Positions 1-9,019 of a stretch of 64,000 nt of DNA are shown in pieces. Within the stretch, counting starts at the first letter, position 1; the number at the start of each line of letters is the position of its first letter. The stretch comes from a phage: assembly GCA_019338205.1 (NCBI GenBank), contig GCA_019338205.1_4761.1. One strand, 5' to 3'. A program made the position numbers and the translations under genes. The notes under the pieces are model-generated. The model was not told where the DNA came from. It ran no database searches and saw only the letters and a list, made by a program, of their open reading frames with translations.

Positions 1-817
1 AGTGTGCAATGTTATCCCCATTACCAACAATAATTTTATTATACTGCTTAGTAACAAAATCAATAGTTGTGTATGTCACATTGCTAAATGAATTTTTAAC
101 TTTAGCATTGCTCTTAGTCTGCCACTCGAAATTAAAAACCATCAGATTAGGCGACATATCAATAAACTGCCCCATGAGTCTAGGCTCACAGATTATAGCT
201 GGTATTGGCTCATTTTTTAATATTGTATCGTGTCCAGCGATCGTTATACCATCAAAATCTTCCCAGCAATACACGAAAGACTCGGTTTCTACGCTTTGCC
301 CGTATGCCCTCACAAAATCCATATAGTCATTTATGGTACTAACCCACGGACAACGAGGAATAACAACGTTATCACCCTTTATAGTAGGTTTCCATAAAGG
401 AACTTCCTTATAGATGGCATCAATCATGCTAGTTACGTTATTAACCGCGTTATTTGTCAATGAGCGAGAAAATTTAAGGTTTAATGTTTCGTGATAGCTC
501 TTTAACTGGAATGTTAAAATGTTGTCAGATTTTTGGTCAATTGTTACATTACTATGAGAGATCCCATAGATTCGGTTAAACACTTCATCTGTATTAGCAG
601 TGGATAGCGAAATCTGAATGATCTCTCTACCGTTTAATTTTGTATGCATCGCCTTATTATCATAGAATTGCAACAATCCTTCGTTCACCCCACGAATCGA
701 ATCACGCAGAGTCATTGTAACAAAGGTAGCACCCAATTCTATAAAGCGATGATTTAGAAATGCCTCATAATCCTGATAAAGTTTTATTGAGACATTAGGA
801 AACCCCGTTCTTTGCAT
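1..817 (-). CDS. 27: baseplate hub subunit gp27, N-terminal ~272 codons (3' end runs off window)
   Basis: Open minus-strand frame from ATG at 817 (RBS AAGAGG) to window edge; absent from ORF track because no stop in window. N-terminus MQRTGFPNVSIKLYQDY...RDSIRGVNEGLLQFYDNKAMHTK matches recalled T4 gp27; synteny 27-51-26-25. Confidence 0.7.
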   Translation of the reverse strand, partial: MQRTGFPNVSIKLYQDYEAFLNHRFIELGATFVTMTLRDSIRGVNEGLLQFYDNKAMHTKLNGREIIQISLSTANTDEVFNRIYGISHSNVTIDQKSDNILTFQLKSYHETLNLKFSRSLTNNAVNNVTSMIDAIYKEVPLWKPTIKGDNVVIPRCPWVSTINDYMDFVRAYGQSVETESFVYCWEDFDGITIAGHDTILKNEPIPAIICEPRLMGQFIDMSPNLMVFNFEWQTKSNAKVKNSFSNVTYTTIDFVTKQYNKIIVGNGDNIAH

Positions 818-1565
818 TGTTTGCCTCTTTTACGTCTTTCTCGACCAGTGTCAGTGCAATGTTTCTCTCGACGGGTAACATGTCCATAAGATCACTGATA
901 GAATAATTTGATTTTGCCAATAGATGGTTTATTCGATAAAAGATGAATAACTCATCTGGATTCAACAACAATTTGAATAATGGAAGAAGACCTATGTATT
1001 TCAGGTCATGACTCTCACAACAAGATATCTTTTGTTCGATCTTGATTGTGTGCATCTGCTTAACAACTTCTTCAAATTCAGAAAATGAGATTGAATCGAT
1101 AACCTGTTCTCTAACTTCTTCCGGCAATTCAGTCCATAGATAGTCATTAATACCATCAGATACACGCTCTATCGCATCCAGAAACGTTTTTGCATAGTCG
1201 GTTGATGGTTTAACATACCGGAAAGTTATTTTAAGCCCTGCGGCCTCTAGAACGATTGGTTTTAGTGCTTCAACCTGTAAGTTAAGCAACATTCTTCTTT
1301 CTTTGTTGCAAGTCGGGCAAGTAAAACAAAGCGGTATCTTAGTTTTACCAATTGAACTAGTAAAGACATTCAGGAAAATATATTCACGAAATGCCGGATC
1401 TACGTCTGGATATATTTCTTCTAATAGCTCATCAAGAATCGTTTGTTCTTCTTCTGGATTCATCTTAATTTCAGTTGACACCAGAAGGAAATCTCTATAA
1501 TCTTTTACCGTGAATGGTTTAAATCTCTGCACACCTTCCGGCAGTTTTATTCGGATAATATTCAT
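795..1565 (-). CDS. 51: baseplate hub assembly protein, gp51-like (256 aa)
   Basis: ATG with RBS AGGGGG; lies between gp27 and gp26/25 as in T4; size close to T4 gp51; CxxC motif (CPTCNKE). Assignment by synteny and size. Confidence 0.5.
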   Translation of the reverse strand: MNIIRIKLPEGVQRFKPFTVKDYRDFLLVSTEIKMNPEEEQTILDELLEEIYPDVDPAFREYIFLNVFTSSIGKTKIPLCFTCPTCNKERRMLLNLQVEALKPIVLEAAGLKITFRYVKPSTDYAKTFLDAIERVSDGINDYLWTELPEEVREQVIDSISFSEFEEVVKQMHTIKIEQKISCCESHDLKYIGLLPLFKLLLNPDELFIFYRINHLLAKSNYSISDLMDMLPVERNIALTLVEKDVKEANNAKNGVS

Positions 1566-1585
1566 GGTATAATCCCCCTTTCGGG

Positions 1586-1593
1586 TATTTATA
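1586..1593 (-). promoter_or_regulatory. T4-type late promoter (TATAAATA) upstream of gp51-like gene
   Basis: Plus strand reads tatttata; exact TATAAATA on minus strand 21 nt upstream of ATG at 1565. Confidence 0.5.
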
Positions 1594-1635
1594 AAATACT
1601 AAATAATTCTATGTGTTTATAAAGGGTGTTTTATT

Positions 1636-2265
1636 ATGCAATACTTTTTCAAGATCCAATTAGGCGAAAAGTTGATACACGCCCGTGCTTTCACCTTCGG
1701 CGAATTTCAAAAACTGGTAGCAGCAAAAGAGACTGGCAAGCTGTCAGAGGTTGTTATAGAGATCATACATGAATGTACGGGGATCAATGCATTAGAGCTA
1801 GAGAAATGCGAAGCAGAATATATTTTTCTTCTCTTATGGTGTCACAGCCTCAATAAGATGAAAATTGATGCTACTTGGGTGTGTGGTGTATGCAATAAAG
1901 AGAAAGTATACTCTCTTGATGTTTCACGCACACAGATACCAGAAGTTGAACCGTATATTCTGGACTTAGGACAAGTAAAAATCAAGTTTCGTCAACCTAA
2001 GTTTACAGAAGATGTTGATATTATGCAGATGGTAATTGCATGTATCGAATATATCGTGATCGGCGATCAGCAATTCAATATAGACGACCTGAACGCACAG
2101 GACTTTGACCGCGTGCTGGATATGCTTACCACGGATAAAGTGGAAGAAGTGATCGACGAGCTAACAAGAAATCAAATCACGCTGGCAGTACCGATCAAGT
2201 GCGAATGCGGGGAATCTGGTGTATATTCATTATCAGGTCTATCCAGTTTCCTTAAAATTCTTTGA
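1636..2265 (+). CDS. 26: baseplate hub subunit, gp26-like (209 aa)
   Basis: Immediately upstream of gp25 on same strand; length matches T4 gp26 (208 aa); CxxC motif (CGVCNKE); paralogous-looking to the divergent 256 aa ORF. Confidence 0.5.
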   Translation: MQYFFKIQLGEKLIHARAFTFGEFQKLVAAKETGKLSEVVIEIIHECTGINALELEKCEAEYIFLLLWCHSLNKMKIDATWVCGVCNKEKVYSLDVSRTQIPEVEPYILDLGQVKIKFRQPKFTEDVDIMQMVIACIEYIVIGDQQFNIDDLNAQDFDRVLDMLTTDKVEEVIDELTRNQITLAVPIKCECGESGVYSLSGLSSFLKIL

Positions 2266-2273
2266 GGTATAAC

Positions 2274-2660
2274 ATGGCAACTATTAATCAGATGTATACT
2301 GATTTGGATCTCAATATATCCAGATCGTGGAATAACGACGTTAAAAAGAACATAGGGATTAAAGCGGTTAAGGATTCTATTCTACTGATCGTGACTACTC
2401 GCAAGGGATCTCGTCCATTTGATCCACTGTTTGGATGCGATCTCAATAAATCACTGTTTGAGAACATGAACCCACTGACAGTGGACACCTTATCAAAAAA
2501 CATCAATGAGGCGATCCGAAACTATGAACCACGGGTCCGAAACCTGACAGTAGAAGTAACTCCGCAGTACGACGATAACTCAATCATAGTATCAATCTAC
2601 TTTTCAGTAATAGATAACCCAGATGATCTTGAACAACTACGCATAAGACTTGCAAAGTGA
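2274..2660 (+). CDS. 25: baseplate wedge subunit gp25 (gene 25-like lysozyme family)
   Basis: RBS GAGG then ATG at 2274; sequence ...TTRKGSRPFDPLFGCDL...RNYEPRV...FSVIDNPDDLEQLRIRLA closely matches recalled T4 gp25; 128 aa. Confidence 0.9.
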   Translation: MATINQMYTDLDLNISRSWNNDVKKNIGIKAVKDSILLIVTTRKGSRPFDPLFGCDLNKSLFENMNPLTVDTLSKNINEAIRNYEPRVRNLTVEVTPQYDDNSIIVSIYFSVIDNPDDLEQLRIRLAK

Positions 2661-2707
2661 TTTTGTGTGTGATATGATATAGGTCTTAGTGTGAATAAGG
2701 GGATATT

Positions 2708-3115
2708 ATGGACCTAAACGATTTGAAAGAACAATTAGAAGCTGACATGAAGATCGATGCGACTAAGTTGCAATGGGAGGCGCTGAATAATCCGGTAGTA
2801 TACTCAAAGTGGTTAAGGATTTACAGCGAGGCGAAAAGAGAGACGATTGCTCTTGAGGCTAAAAAGAAAAAGGCTATGAAAAATCGTCTTGACTTTTACA
2901 CTAACCGTAGTGATGACTGGTGTCGCGCTGAATATGAGAAATCAGAATTGAAAGTTGTCATGGCAGCAGACGACGAGATCTTACCGCTTGATACGAAAAT
3001 TGCATATTACCAGATGGTAATGGATTTTGCTGGTCGCGCACTTGATATCGTTAAATCTCGTGGATTTGCGATCAAGAATGCTATAGAATTGCGTATGCTG
3101 GAATCTGGACGCTAA
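2708..3115 (+). CDS. uvsY: recombination mediator UvsY
   Basis: 135 aa; DATKLQWEALNNPVVYSKWL...KSRGFAIKNAIELRMLESG aligns with recalled T4 UvsY (137 aa). Confidence 0.9.
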   Translation: MDLNDLKEQLEADMKIDATKLQWEALNNPVVYSKWLRIYSEAKRETIALEAKKKKAMKNRLDFYTNRSDDWCRAEYEKSELKVVMAADDEILPLDTKIAYYQMVMDFAGRALDIVKSRGFAIKNAIELRMLESGR

Positions 3116-3136
3116 ATACATGCAGGAGGAATTTTT

Positions 3137-3313
3137 ATGAAAATCTGTATTTGTTGTAAACAACCTGTCGAGGATGCGTTATCCGTCCAGACAGAAAACG
3201 GCGTTGTTCACACTGGCTACTGCTTACAGCTAGTAACAGAACGTTCGATTAGTGAAGATGCGAACGGCGAAGAACAAGAACAACTCGTAGAGCAAACAAT
3301 GCTGTTAATGTAA
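3137..3313 (+). CDS. small Cys-rich protein (58 aa) downstream of uvsY, uvsY.-2 position
   Basis: ATG 3137 with RBS AGGAGG; MKICICCKQP...; below ORF-track length cutoff; position matches T4 uvsY.-2. Confidence 0.35.
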   Translation: MKICICCKQPVEDALSVQTENGVVHTGYCLQLVTERSISEDANGEEQEQLVEQTMLLM

Positions 3314-3346
3314 TTTGTTGATAACCGATTTTAATTGGTTTATTTT

Positions 3347-3371
3347 GCCCCATCAATGATGGGGCTTTTTT
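3347..3371 (+). terminator. intrinsic terminator after uvsY operon (possibly bidirectional)
   Basis: GC hairpin gccccatca / tgatggggc followed by TTTTTT; A-run on the other side. Confidence 0.6.
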
Positions 3372-3376
3372 ATATC

Positions 3377-3613
3377 TTAAAAATCCTCTTCCGGCTCCTC
3401 TTCTGGCTCGTTGTCCGCTTCCAATTGCTTACGGCGTCCAGCGATGGCATCACGGATCGAAATATCATCAGCAGGTTTCAATTCTGTTTCTTTCTTGCGC
3501 TTCTCATAATATGCCTCAAGTTCATTTAATCCCTCGATAGTATTACAAGAATAAATCTTACTCATGAAACCGTCAATAGCGGCCTCAACCAAAAAACGTT
3601 TAAAGCTAATCAT
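3377..3613 (-). CDS. UvsW.1-like small acidic protein (78 aa)
   Basis: Directly downstream of uvsW on minus strand; RBS GGAG; size as T4 UvsW.1. Confidence 0.5.
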   Translation of the reverse strand: MISFKRFLVEAAIDGFMSKIYSCNTIEGLNELEAYYEKRKKETELKPADDISIRDAIAGRRKQLEADNEPEEEPEEDF

Positions 3614-3633
3614 TTTTAATCTCCGTAGAATAA

Positions 3634-3651
3634 AGGGGCATTAAAGCCCCT
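3634..3651 (-). other. stem-loop between uvsW and uvsW.1
   Basis: aggggc-attaaa-gcccct inverted repeat just upstream of uvsW.1 RBS. Confidence 0.3.
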
Positions 3652-3656
3652 ATTTA

Positions 3657-5159
3657 TTAAATCTCGATTGTTTTCGTGACATATTCGAATCGATCGGTGT
3701 TGTAAATTTTTATTCTTTCAAGCGCGTGTTTAAGAGCATAATTAAGGTGGCTAAACTGTTTCTTAGCATTCTTGCTCTTTGTCTTCACCGCCAGATGATC
3801 TATAAGATCCCAGACCGTTGCAATGTCTTTCGAACCATGTTTACGCAATGCACGACCGATACTCTGACGAACGATAGTTGATTCCTTCACTGGATGACCG
3901 AAAATAACATGATGCAAATTCTTAATTGAAACACCAGTAGAGAACACACCATAAGACGCAACACAAATGATCCCGGTGTCACCCTCCGCCATTTTCTTAA
4001 ATTCATCACGTTCTTCTGTCTTAACTCCACCGTCAATATAATAAACCTTGTCGTGTACCTTCTGTAACGCGTCATACATAAGTTTTCCGTGCTTAGTATT
4101 GCGGAACATAAGGAATACGTTTTCGCCCTTCTTAGCGAGTTTTAGCGCCAAATTACAAGCAAACTTATTTCGTCGTGGGTTAGACGTAATATACTTGATC
4201 TCTTCCGCATATTCTCTCCCCTTAACCGCGCTACATTCCTCATCGGTATAACGAAGGAAAAGACAGTTAATTTTCAGTTTTGTCACCTGCCCTTCTTCCA
4301 TCAGGCGGTCAATACTCACGATCTTAGAAATATCACCGAAAAGCCCGACATACTGCATCATGTTAGCTTTCCCGTCACGAGGGGAACCAGTCATACCGAT
4401 CTTAAATTGGCAATGATCCATATCAGTAACGATGTTTAGCAGGTTTTTAGCAGTGGCTTTGTGACATTCGTCAACAATAACCATCCCAAATTGCTGGAAC
4501 CACTCACGAGGTTGTTTACATGCTGATTGCCACGTACTAACAACGATCAGGCGATCACCTACGTGTTTACTAGTACCGCTCATGATAGTATGAATTGCTT
4601 CATAAGGAAACTGGCGATAATCAACAAAGTCATCACGCATTTGCAGCACTAGCGACGTGGTAGGAACGATGATCAGCACTTTCCCTTCGTAGTTCTCTAA
4701 GTACCAGCGAGACAACATACAAGCAATCGCAGATTTACCAGCGGACGTAGGCAAAACTAACATACGGCGTTTATGATGAATACCTTCAAAGACAGCCTTT
4801 GATTGATACCAATGCGGGGTGATCCTGTTAGCACCGGAATATAATTCTAAGTCATTACACCATTTTGTAATTTCTTCTTCTGTAACTTGTTCTTTTTCGA
4901 ATAAGCGAGGATCTACCCATACACTATAGCCCATATTTTTAGCGAAGATTCCCACGGTTTTAGTTAGGCCGATTGGCAGCTTTCCGTTGTAATCTAAAAG
5001 ACGAATACGCCCATCCCATCCACCATACTTAAATCTTTTTTGAAACCGCGCTCCCTCGACTTCAAAACTAAAATAATCTCGCATTTCTAATAAAATTGAA
5101 TCGCTACATTCAATTTGAACATGGGAGTAGTTCAGAAAGTGAATTTTAATATCTTGCAT
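3657..5159 (-). CDS. uvsW: UvsW RNA-DNA / DNA-DNA helicase (SF2)
   Basis: Start taken at ATG 5159 (MQDIKIHF, RBS GAGG); track start 5174 is a GTG. Walker A LPTSAGKS and DECH box; N-terminus matches recalled T4 UvsW. Confidence 0.9.
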   Translation of the reverse strand: MQDIKIHFLNYSHVQIECSDSILLEMRDYFSFEVEGARFQKRFKYGGWDGRIRLLDYNGKLPIGLTKTVGIFAKNMGYSVWVDPRLFEKEQVTEEEITKWCNDLELYSGANRITPHWYQSKAVFEGIHHKRRMLVLPTSAGKSAIACMLSRWYLENYEGKVLIIVPTTSLVLQMRDDFVDYRQFPYEAIHTIMSGTSKHVGDRLIVVSTWQSACKQPREWFQQFGMVIVDECHKATAKNLLNIVTDMDHCQFKIGMTGSPRDGKANMMQYVGLFGDISKIVSIDRLMEEGQVTKLKINCLFLRYTDEECSAVKGREYAEEIKYITSNPRRNKFACNLALKLAKKGENVFLMFRNTKHGKLMYDALQKVHDKVYYIDGGVKTEERDEFKKMAEGDTGIICVASYGVFSTGVSIKNLHHVIFGHPVKESTIVRQSIGRALRKHGSKDIATVWDLIDHLAVKTKSKNAKKQFSHLNYALKHALERIKIYNTDRFEYVTKTIEI

Positions 5160-5195
5160 AGCGAATAGCCTCACTCAATAAATACAGTATACAAA

Positions 5196-5203
5196 TATTT
5201 ATA
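5196..5203 (-). promoter_or_regulatory. T4-type late promoter (TATAAATA) for uvsW
   Basis: Exact TATAAATA on minus strand 37 nt upstream of uvsW ATG; uvsW is a late gene in T4. Confidence 0.55.
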
Positions 5204-5230
5204 CAAACACCCCCCAATCAGGAGAATAAC

Positions 5231-5956
5231 ATGTTTGATAAAGAATATTTCGAAGAACTCCGCGCTATTGCGGCGTCCGACGACAAAGAAGCACAGAAAA
5301 CAGCTAAAACAGAATTAGCTGACTATGCAAAACAATTTGATATTAAGGTCAAAAAGACGCTCTCGTTAGAGAACATGATCGAGTTCGTAGAAACCGAATT
5401 AACTAAACTGGCTTCCGAAATGGAAGAAGAAACTCCGGCAGAAGGAACCAGTATTAACGATCTTATTCTGGCAGCAGACACCGCAGATGATAAAGTTGTA
5501 TTCGACGAAGTTGATCCGTCTCTGGTTGAAGCAATGAAAGAACCTGAGATCGTCATTGAAGAAACAAAAGAAGAATCTCCAGCAGTTGAACCAGTGGTCG
5601 AAGAAGTTAAGTCAGATGTTGAAGAAGCACCGGAAGTTAAAGTGGAATCTCCGGTAGCCAACATTTTCTCTAACGAAGCAGAGCATCGTTCCCCAGCACA
5701 TGACACTGATTCATTTTGCGATCTTACTGGCTTCCGTCCGACCATTTGCTTGATCGGTGGCGGTCGTGGTTACTACTCCTGCCCGTGGTGGATTTTCGAC
5801 TGGATCGTTAATACTCCAGATTGGAAGAAGTATCCAGAGCGTTTCCCGCACGCGTATGTACACGACACCCTCAAGTCACTGATCTATTATATCAAACGCG
5901 ATGGGTCTGTCAAGGTGCGAGAGACTAAACATAGCCAATTCCACACACTCAAGTAA
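5231..5956 (+). CDS. hypothetical acidic protein (241 aa), in the position of T4 inh
   Basis: RBS AGGAG; long Glu/Asp/Pro-rich central region, Cys/Trp-rich C-terminus; no motif recognised. Confidence 0.45.
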   Translation: MFDKEYFEELRAIAASDDKEAQKTAKTELADYAKQFDIKVKKTLSLENMIEFVETELTKLASEMEEETPAEGTSINDLILAADTADDKVVFDEVDPSLVEAMKEPEIVIEETKEESPAVEPVVEEVKSDVEEAPEVKVESPVANIFSNEAEHRSPAHDTDSFCDLTGFRPTICLIGGGRGYYSCPWWIFDWIVNTPDWKKYPERFPHAYVHDTLKSLIYYIKRDGSVKVRETKHSQFHTLK

Positions 5957-6221
5957 TTTTTGGGTGATAAAAGTTGTGAAATATTTGTTATAATTTTAAT
6001 TGTAGTTCCGTTATGCAATTAAAAAGAGGATACTACATGTCTAACAAAATCAATGTATTACATCAAACAGAACAAATACCCAGACGAGATCGATACTATT
6101 TCGGCCTCGTTGCATCACTATTCTAATACTCATGTATTGGAATCTCGCAATGGTTATCTGGTTGATGGCAATCAACTATTTCAATTAATTAAATTCGGAT
6201 TTTCTATGGGAGTGGCTTTAT

Positions 6222-7448
6222 ATGGCTTTCACAGTATCAATTAAATCTGACAAAAGATGTTTTCTTGCTGGAGATGGTTTCACCTTAACGGCGACTGTAG
6301 AGGGTGACGAACCATTACCCAGCAATTTGACATATACATGGACAAAAGACGACAAACCGCATGAAAATAACACAGCTACGCTAACTGTAGAAGGCGCAAC
6401 AAGTGAAAATGCGGGTAGCTATAAAGTAACGGTACAAGATACCGATACGACGGAATCAGTAGAATCTGAAGTTTTCCTCATGGAAGAAGCGGAATTAATC
6501 GTAAACATCACCGAACCGCAGCATTTCTACGTATCATCACAAAAAGACGTAGAATTACATGCAACAGTAAAATTTTCGGGTGGGAAGACTCCAGCAGACA
6601 ACTATGAACTACATTATAGTTGGAGTAAGGGCGAAGAAGTTATAGACACAAAACAGAATATTACAATCAAAGAATTTACAGCAGATAAAAACGGCGTGTA
6701 TACTGTAAAAGTGTGGGGTGAGTCGGAAGATTCAGCCAATAGCGCATCGACTAAAATCATGCTGGCAACAATGAACGTAGATCAGGATGTGGTGGAATCA
6801 AAGACCGTGGCACTAGGTAAGGAGATCTTACTTAATTATGTTGTGTCAGAGGACATTGTAGGCGATTCTAGCGGTATGCCTAAATTGACGATCAAACATA
6901 ACTGGTATTTGCAGCGCGCAGGGCAACCGTCACCGACTCTGATCGGTAGTGAGGACGGCGAAGCACTGGAAGGATTTTCTATCATGCCAGACGGTCATAT
7001 GTTCAAAGAGAGTGCTACTTACGATGACACAGCCGAATTCTGGTGTGTTGCTAAACTATATCAACAGATCGAAGAGGAAACAGTCGAAGTTGCATCAAGT
7101 ACAAGCAGAAAATGTTCAATGGAAGTTGTTGAATCTCTTCATAAAATGTTTCGTTACGTACACCCGATCCCGTGGCGCAAAACTTCATTTATCTACATTG
7201 GATGGTGGGTATTTGACGAGATCGTTAAATTCAATAAGGCTGGGTTAGAGTGGCGTAATCGAGAAGTTTATTCAACCAGCAAGTACGCCAAAGATCTGGA
7301 GACGATCGCAGCAGCGGAAGAAAAATATAGTGATTGCACATGCATGGAATCTCGCAATGGTTTCATGTATCATTCCAAAGAGTTCCATAAACTGGACCGA
7401 GAGACGTCAGATCGAGTTCTACGCATTCGTGAAACGCATCCTGCTTAA
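6222..7448 (+). CDS. hoc: Hoc-like outer capsid decoration protein with Ig-like repeats
   Basis: 408 aa; repeated Ig-like strand motifs (AGSYKVTV, NGVYTVKV); sits between uvsW and gene 24 as T4 hoc does. Confidence 0.65.
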   Translation: MAFTVSIKSDKRCFLAGDGFTLTATVEGDEPLPSNLTYTWTKDDKPHENNTATLTVEGATSENAGSYKVTVQDTDTTESVESEVFLMEEAELIVNITEPQHFYVSSQKDVELHATVKFSGGKTPADNYELHYSWSKGEEVIDTKQNITIKEFTADKNGVYTVKVWGESEDSANSASTKIMLATMNVDQDVVESKTVALGKEILLNYVVSEDIVGDSSGMPKLTIKHNWYLQRAGQPSPTLIGSEDGEALEGFSIMPDGHMFKESATYDDTAEFWCVAKLYQQIEEETVEVASSTSRKCSMEVVESLHKMFRYVHPIPWRKTSFIYIGWWVFDEIVKFNKAGLEWRNREVYSTSKYAKDLETIAAAEEKYSDCTCMESRNGFMYHSKEFHKLDRETSDRVLRIRETHPA

Positions 7449-7459
7449 TGAAATCTATC

Positions 7460-7486
7460 AGCCATCCTTCGGGGTGGCTTTTTTGT
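7460..7486 (+). terminator. intrinsic terminator (PeSL-type stem-loop) after hoc
   Basis: agccatcc-ttcg-gggtggct hairpin followed by TTTTTTG. Confidence 0.6.
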
Positions 7487-7494
7487 TTTTGTGC

Positions 7495-7522
7495 TTGACA
7501 GAGCGATTTAGATGCCTATAAT
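7495..7522 (+). promoter_or_regulatory. sigma70-like early promoter (TTGACA-16-TATAAT)
   Basis: cTTGACA at 7495-7500 and TATAAT at 7517-7522, directly after terminator hairpin. Confidence 0.55.
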
Positions 7523-7649
7523 GGCACGCATCGACCTGCTACTGTCCATAGTGAGGCGAAGAAAATATTATGAATATGGGGTTGAAAATGGCTTTAATAA
7601 CTGTTACTGTCCTATTCGCTGTTGTGTTTATGAATGTATGAGGTGAAGT

Positions 7650-7847
7650 ATGAATGAGATTGTACGATTGATCAACGAAACACCAATCGAGATGTATTTT
7701 CTGGCTTTGGTTGCAACAATGGTCTATCAGCTAGTCGCATGTCATGTATGGAAATCAGAAAATGCGTTTATCCGGTTTATTGGTACTGTCATGATCCAGT
7801 TTCCGGTACTGATCACTATCCTGTTAATCGTCAATGGGGCGAAGTGA
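7650..7847 (+). CDS. small membrane protein (65 aa)
   Basis: RBS GAGGTGA; two hydrophobic helices. Confidence 0.4.
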   Translation: MNEIVRLINETPIEMYFLALVATMVYQLVACHVWKSENAFIRFIGTVMIQFPVLITILLIVNGAK

Positions 7848-8122
7848 TGGACAAGAAAACAGCGTTAATGGTTTACATGCTACGCGAAGACCACGGTCTT
7901 AATTTTGTTGATATTGCTAAGAAGATTGGCGGGATCAGCGGACAAGATGCGGCTAAGGCATGGTTGATGGTAAAAGATGCACGAGAGGCTTACGCCAACC
8001 GTGAAAAGGTTGTTTATCGTAAACACCACATCAACAAAAAATTTAAAAATAAAGTTCAAAAACGTGTTGACATGCCAAATAACACTGTTATAATGGACGC
8101 ATTCAAACGGGCAATGTCCTGA
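7847..8122 (+). CDS. hypothetical basic protein (91 aa)
   Basis: ATG overlaps preceding stop (TGATG); in-frame internal start of track ORF 7739-8122; Lys/Arg-rich C-terminus. Confidence 0.45.
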   Translation: MDKKTALMVYMLREDHGLNFVDIAKKIGGISGQDAAKAWLMVKDAREAYANREKVVYRKHHINKKFKNKVQKRVDMPNNTVIMDAFKRAMS

Positions 8123-8168
8123 TTTGTAATTAATATTCTGAATAACTAATCAATAGAGGTGACTAATT

Positions 8169-8606
8169 ATGAAATTCCGTAAAAACCACGTAGCAATGAA
8201 AAAGGCAATGTTCGAAGCATTCAAAGCAGTTGATCAGGGCGGTGTTACTCTGATTGAGCAAATTAATGTTGATGTTTGGCAATCTCCGGCGATCACCTGC
8301 TCCCGTCTTGCTACGGCTGGCCTTCTGAAAGTTCACAGCTCTACCGCATACGACGAAGCATTGCAAGTTATTAAGGCTTTTGCAGGAGACGTTACCAGCA
8401 AGTGGGTCTATGAGAATAAAGGTGAAATTGCGGTTGCTCACGTAGGCAACAATATCCAGATGGAAATCAAGATTAAGGAAGGGTCTAAACGCAATCAGAT
8501 GCTTGTTCGCTTCCAGCCATACAAAACTAACGTAGTGCCGGATGATCTGATCATCTCTAAGAGTAATGTTACCATTCGCCGAAATCAGATCGTTATCAAC
8601 AAATAA
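8169..8606 (+). CDS. hypothetical protein (145 aa)
   Basis: RBS AGAGGTGA; followed by terminator hairpin. Confidence 0.5.
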   Translation: MKFRKNHVAMKKAMFEAFKAVDQGGVTLIEQINVDVWQSPAITCSRLATAGLLKVHSSTAYDEALQVIKAFAGDVTSKWVYENKGEIAVAHVGNNIQMEIKIKEGSKRNQMLVRFQPYKTNVVPDDLIISKSNVTIRRNQIVINK

Positions 8607-8614
8607 TTAACATT

Positions 8615-8640
8615 AGCCGTCCTTCGTGGCGGCTTTTTTG
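8615..8640 (+). terminator. intrinsic terminator
   Basis: agccgtcc-ttcg-tggcggct hairpin plus TTTTTTG. Confidence 0.5.
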
Positions 8641-8697
8641 TATCTGTTATTAACATAATTTTAGTTTACATGTGCACAATATTAATACTGTTTGATT

Positions 8698-8752
8698 AAA
8701 TTATGATCAAAACGAAGAAAGATCTTTAGAACATAGAAAATGTATCTTTGGT
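8698..8752. repeat. intergenic repeat element, copy A (aaattatgatcaaaacgaagaaagatctttagaa...)
   Basis: About 50 bp motif shared with 8847-8900 and 45762-45815. Confidence 0.5.
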
Positions 8753-8846
8753 TAATTATTAATCACTACATATTGTAACACAAATGTTATACTCCGTAGG
8801 AGTTCGCGAAGCGATATCCTTTTGTGTAGTTTTTACATGTATGATG

Positions 8847-8900
8847 AAATTATGATCAAAACGAAGACTTATCTTATAGAATAATAAAAATTTGTTTCGA
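8847..8900. repeat. intergenic repeat element, copy B
   Basis: aaattatgatcaaaacgaagacttatcttatagaataataaaaatttgtttcg; degenerate direct repeat of copy A about 150 bp upstream. Confidence 0.5.
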
Positions 8901-8966
8901 ACATTTATTAATCAATTATTGGAAGTGTTTTATTGCTCGCTGTGCTCGCTTCCGCTACGCGGATAC

Positions 8967-8995
8967 TTGTATTTGTTATTAACTTGTAGTATGAT
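8967..8995 (+). promoter_or_regulatory. candidate sigma70-like promoter (TTGTAT-17-TATGAT)
   Basis: -35/-10-like hexamers with 17 nt spacer, 25 nt upstream of ATG 9020. Confidence 0.35.
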
Positions 8996-9019
8996 ACTGC
9001 TTTCTATGGAGGAAATATT

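Noticed and set aside
9-326. Plus-strand ORF (105 aa) at the window start
   Set aside because: Lies antisense inside the gp27 coding region, which has strong similarity support; low-complexity hydrophobic translation.
8640-9019. T4 middle (MotA-dependent) promoters in the repeat-containing spacers
   Set aside because: No (a/t)(a/t)TGCTT(t/c)A MotA box at the right distance from a -10 element; the single TGCTT at 57111 is part of a sigma70-like TTGACT.
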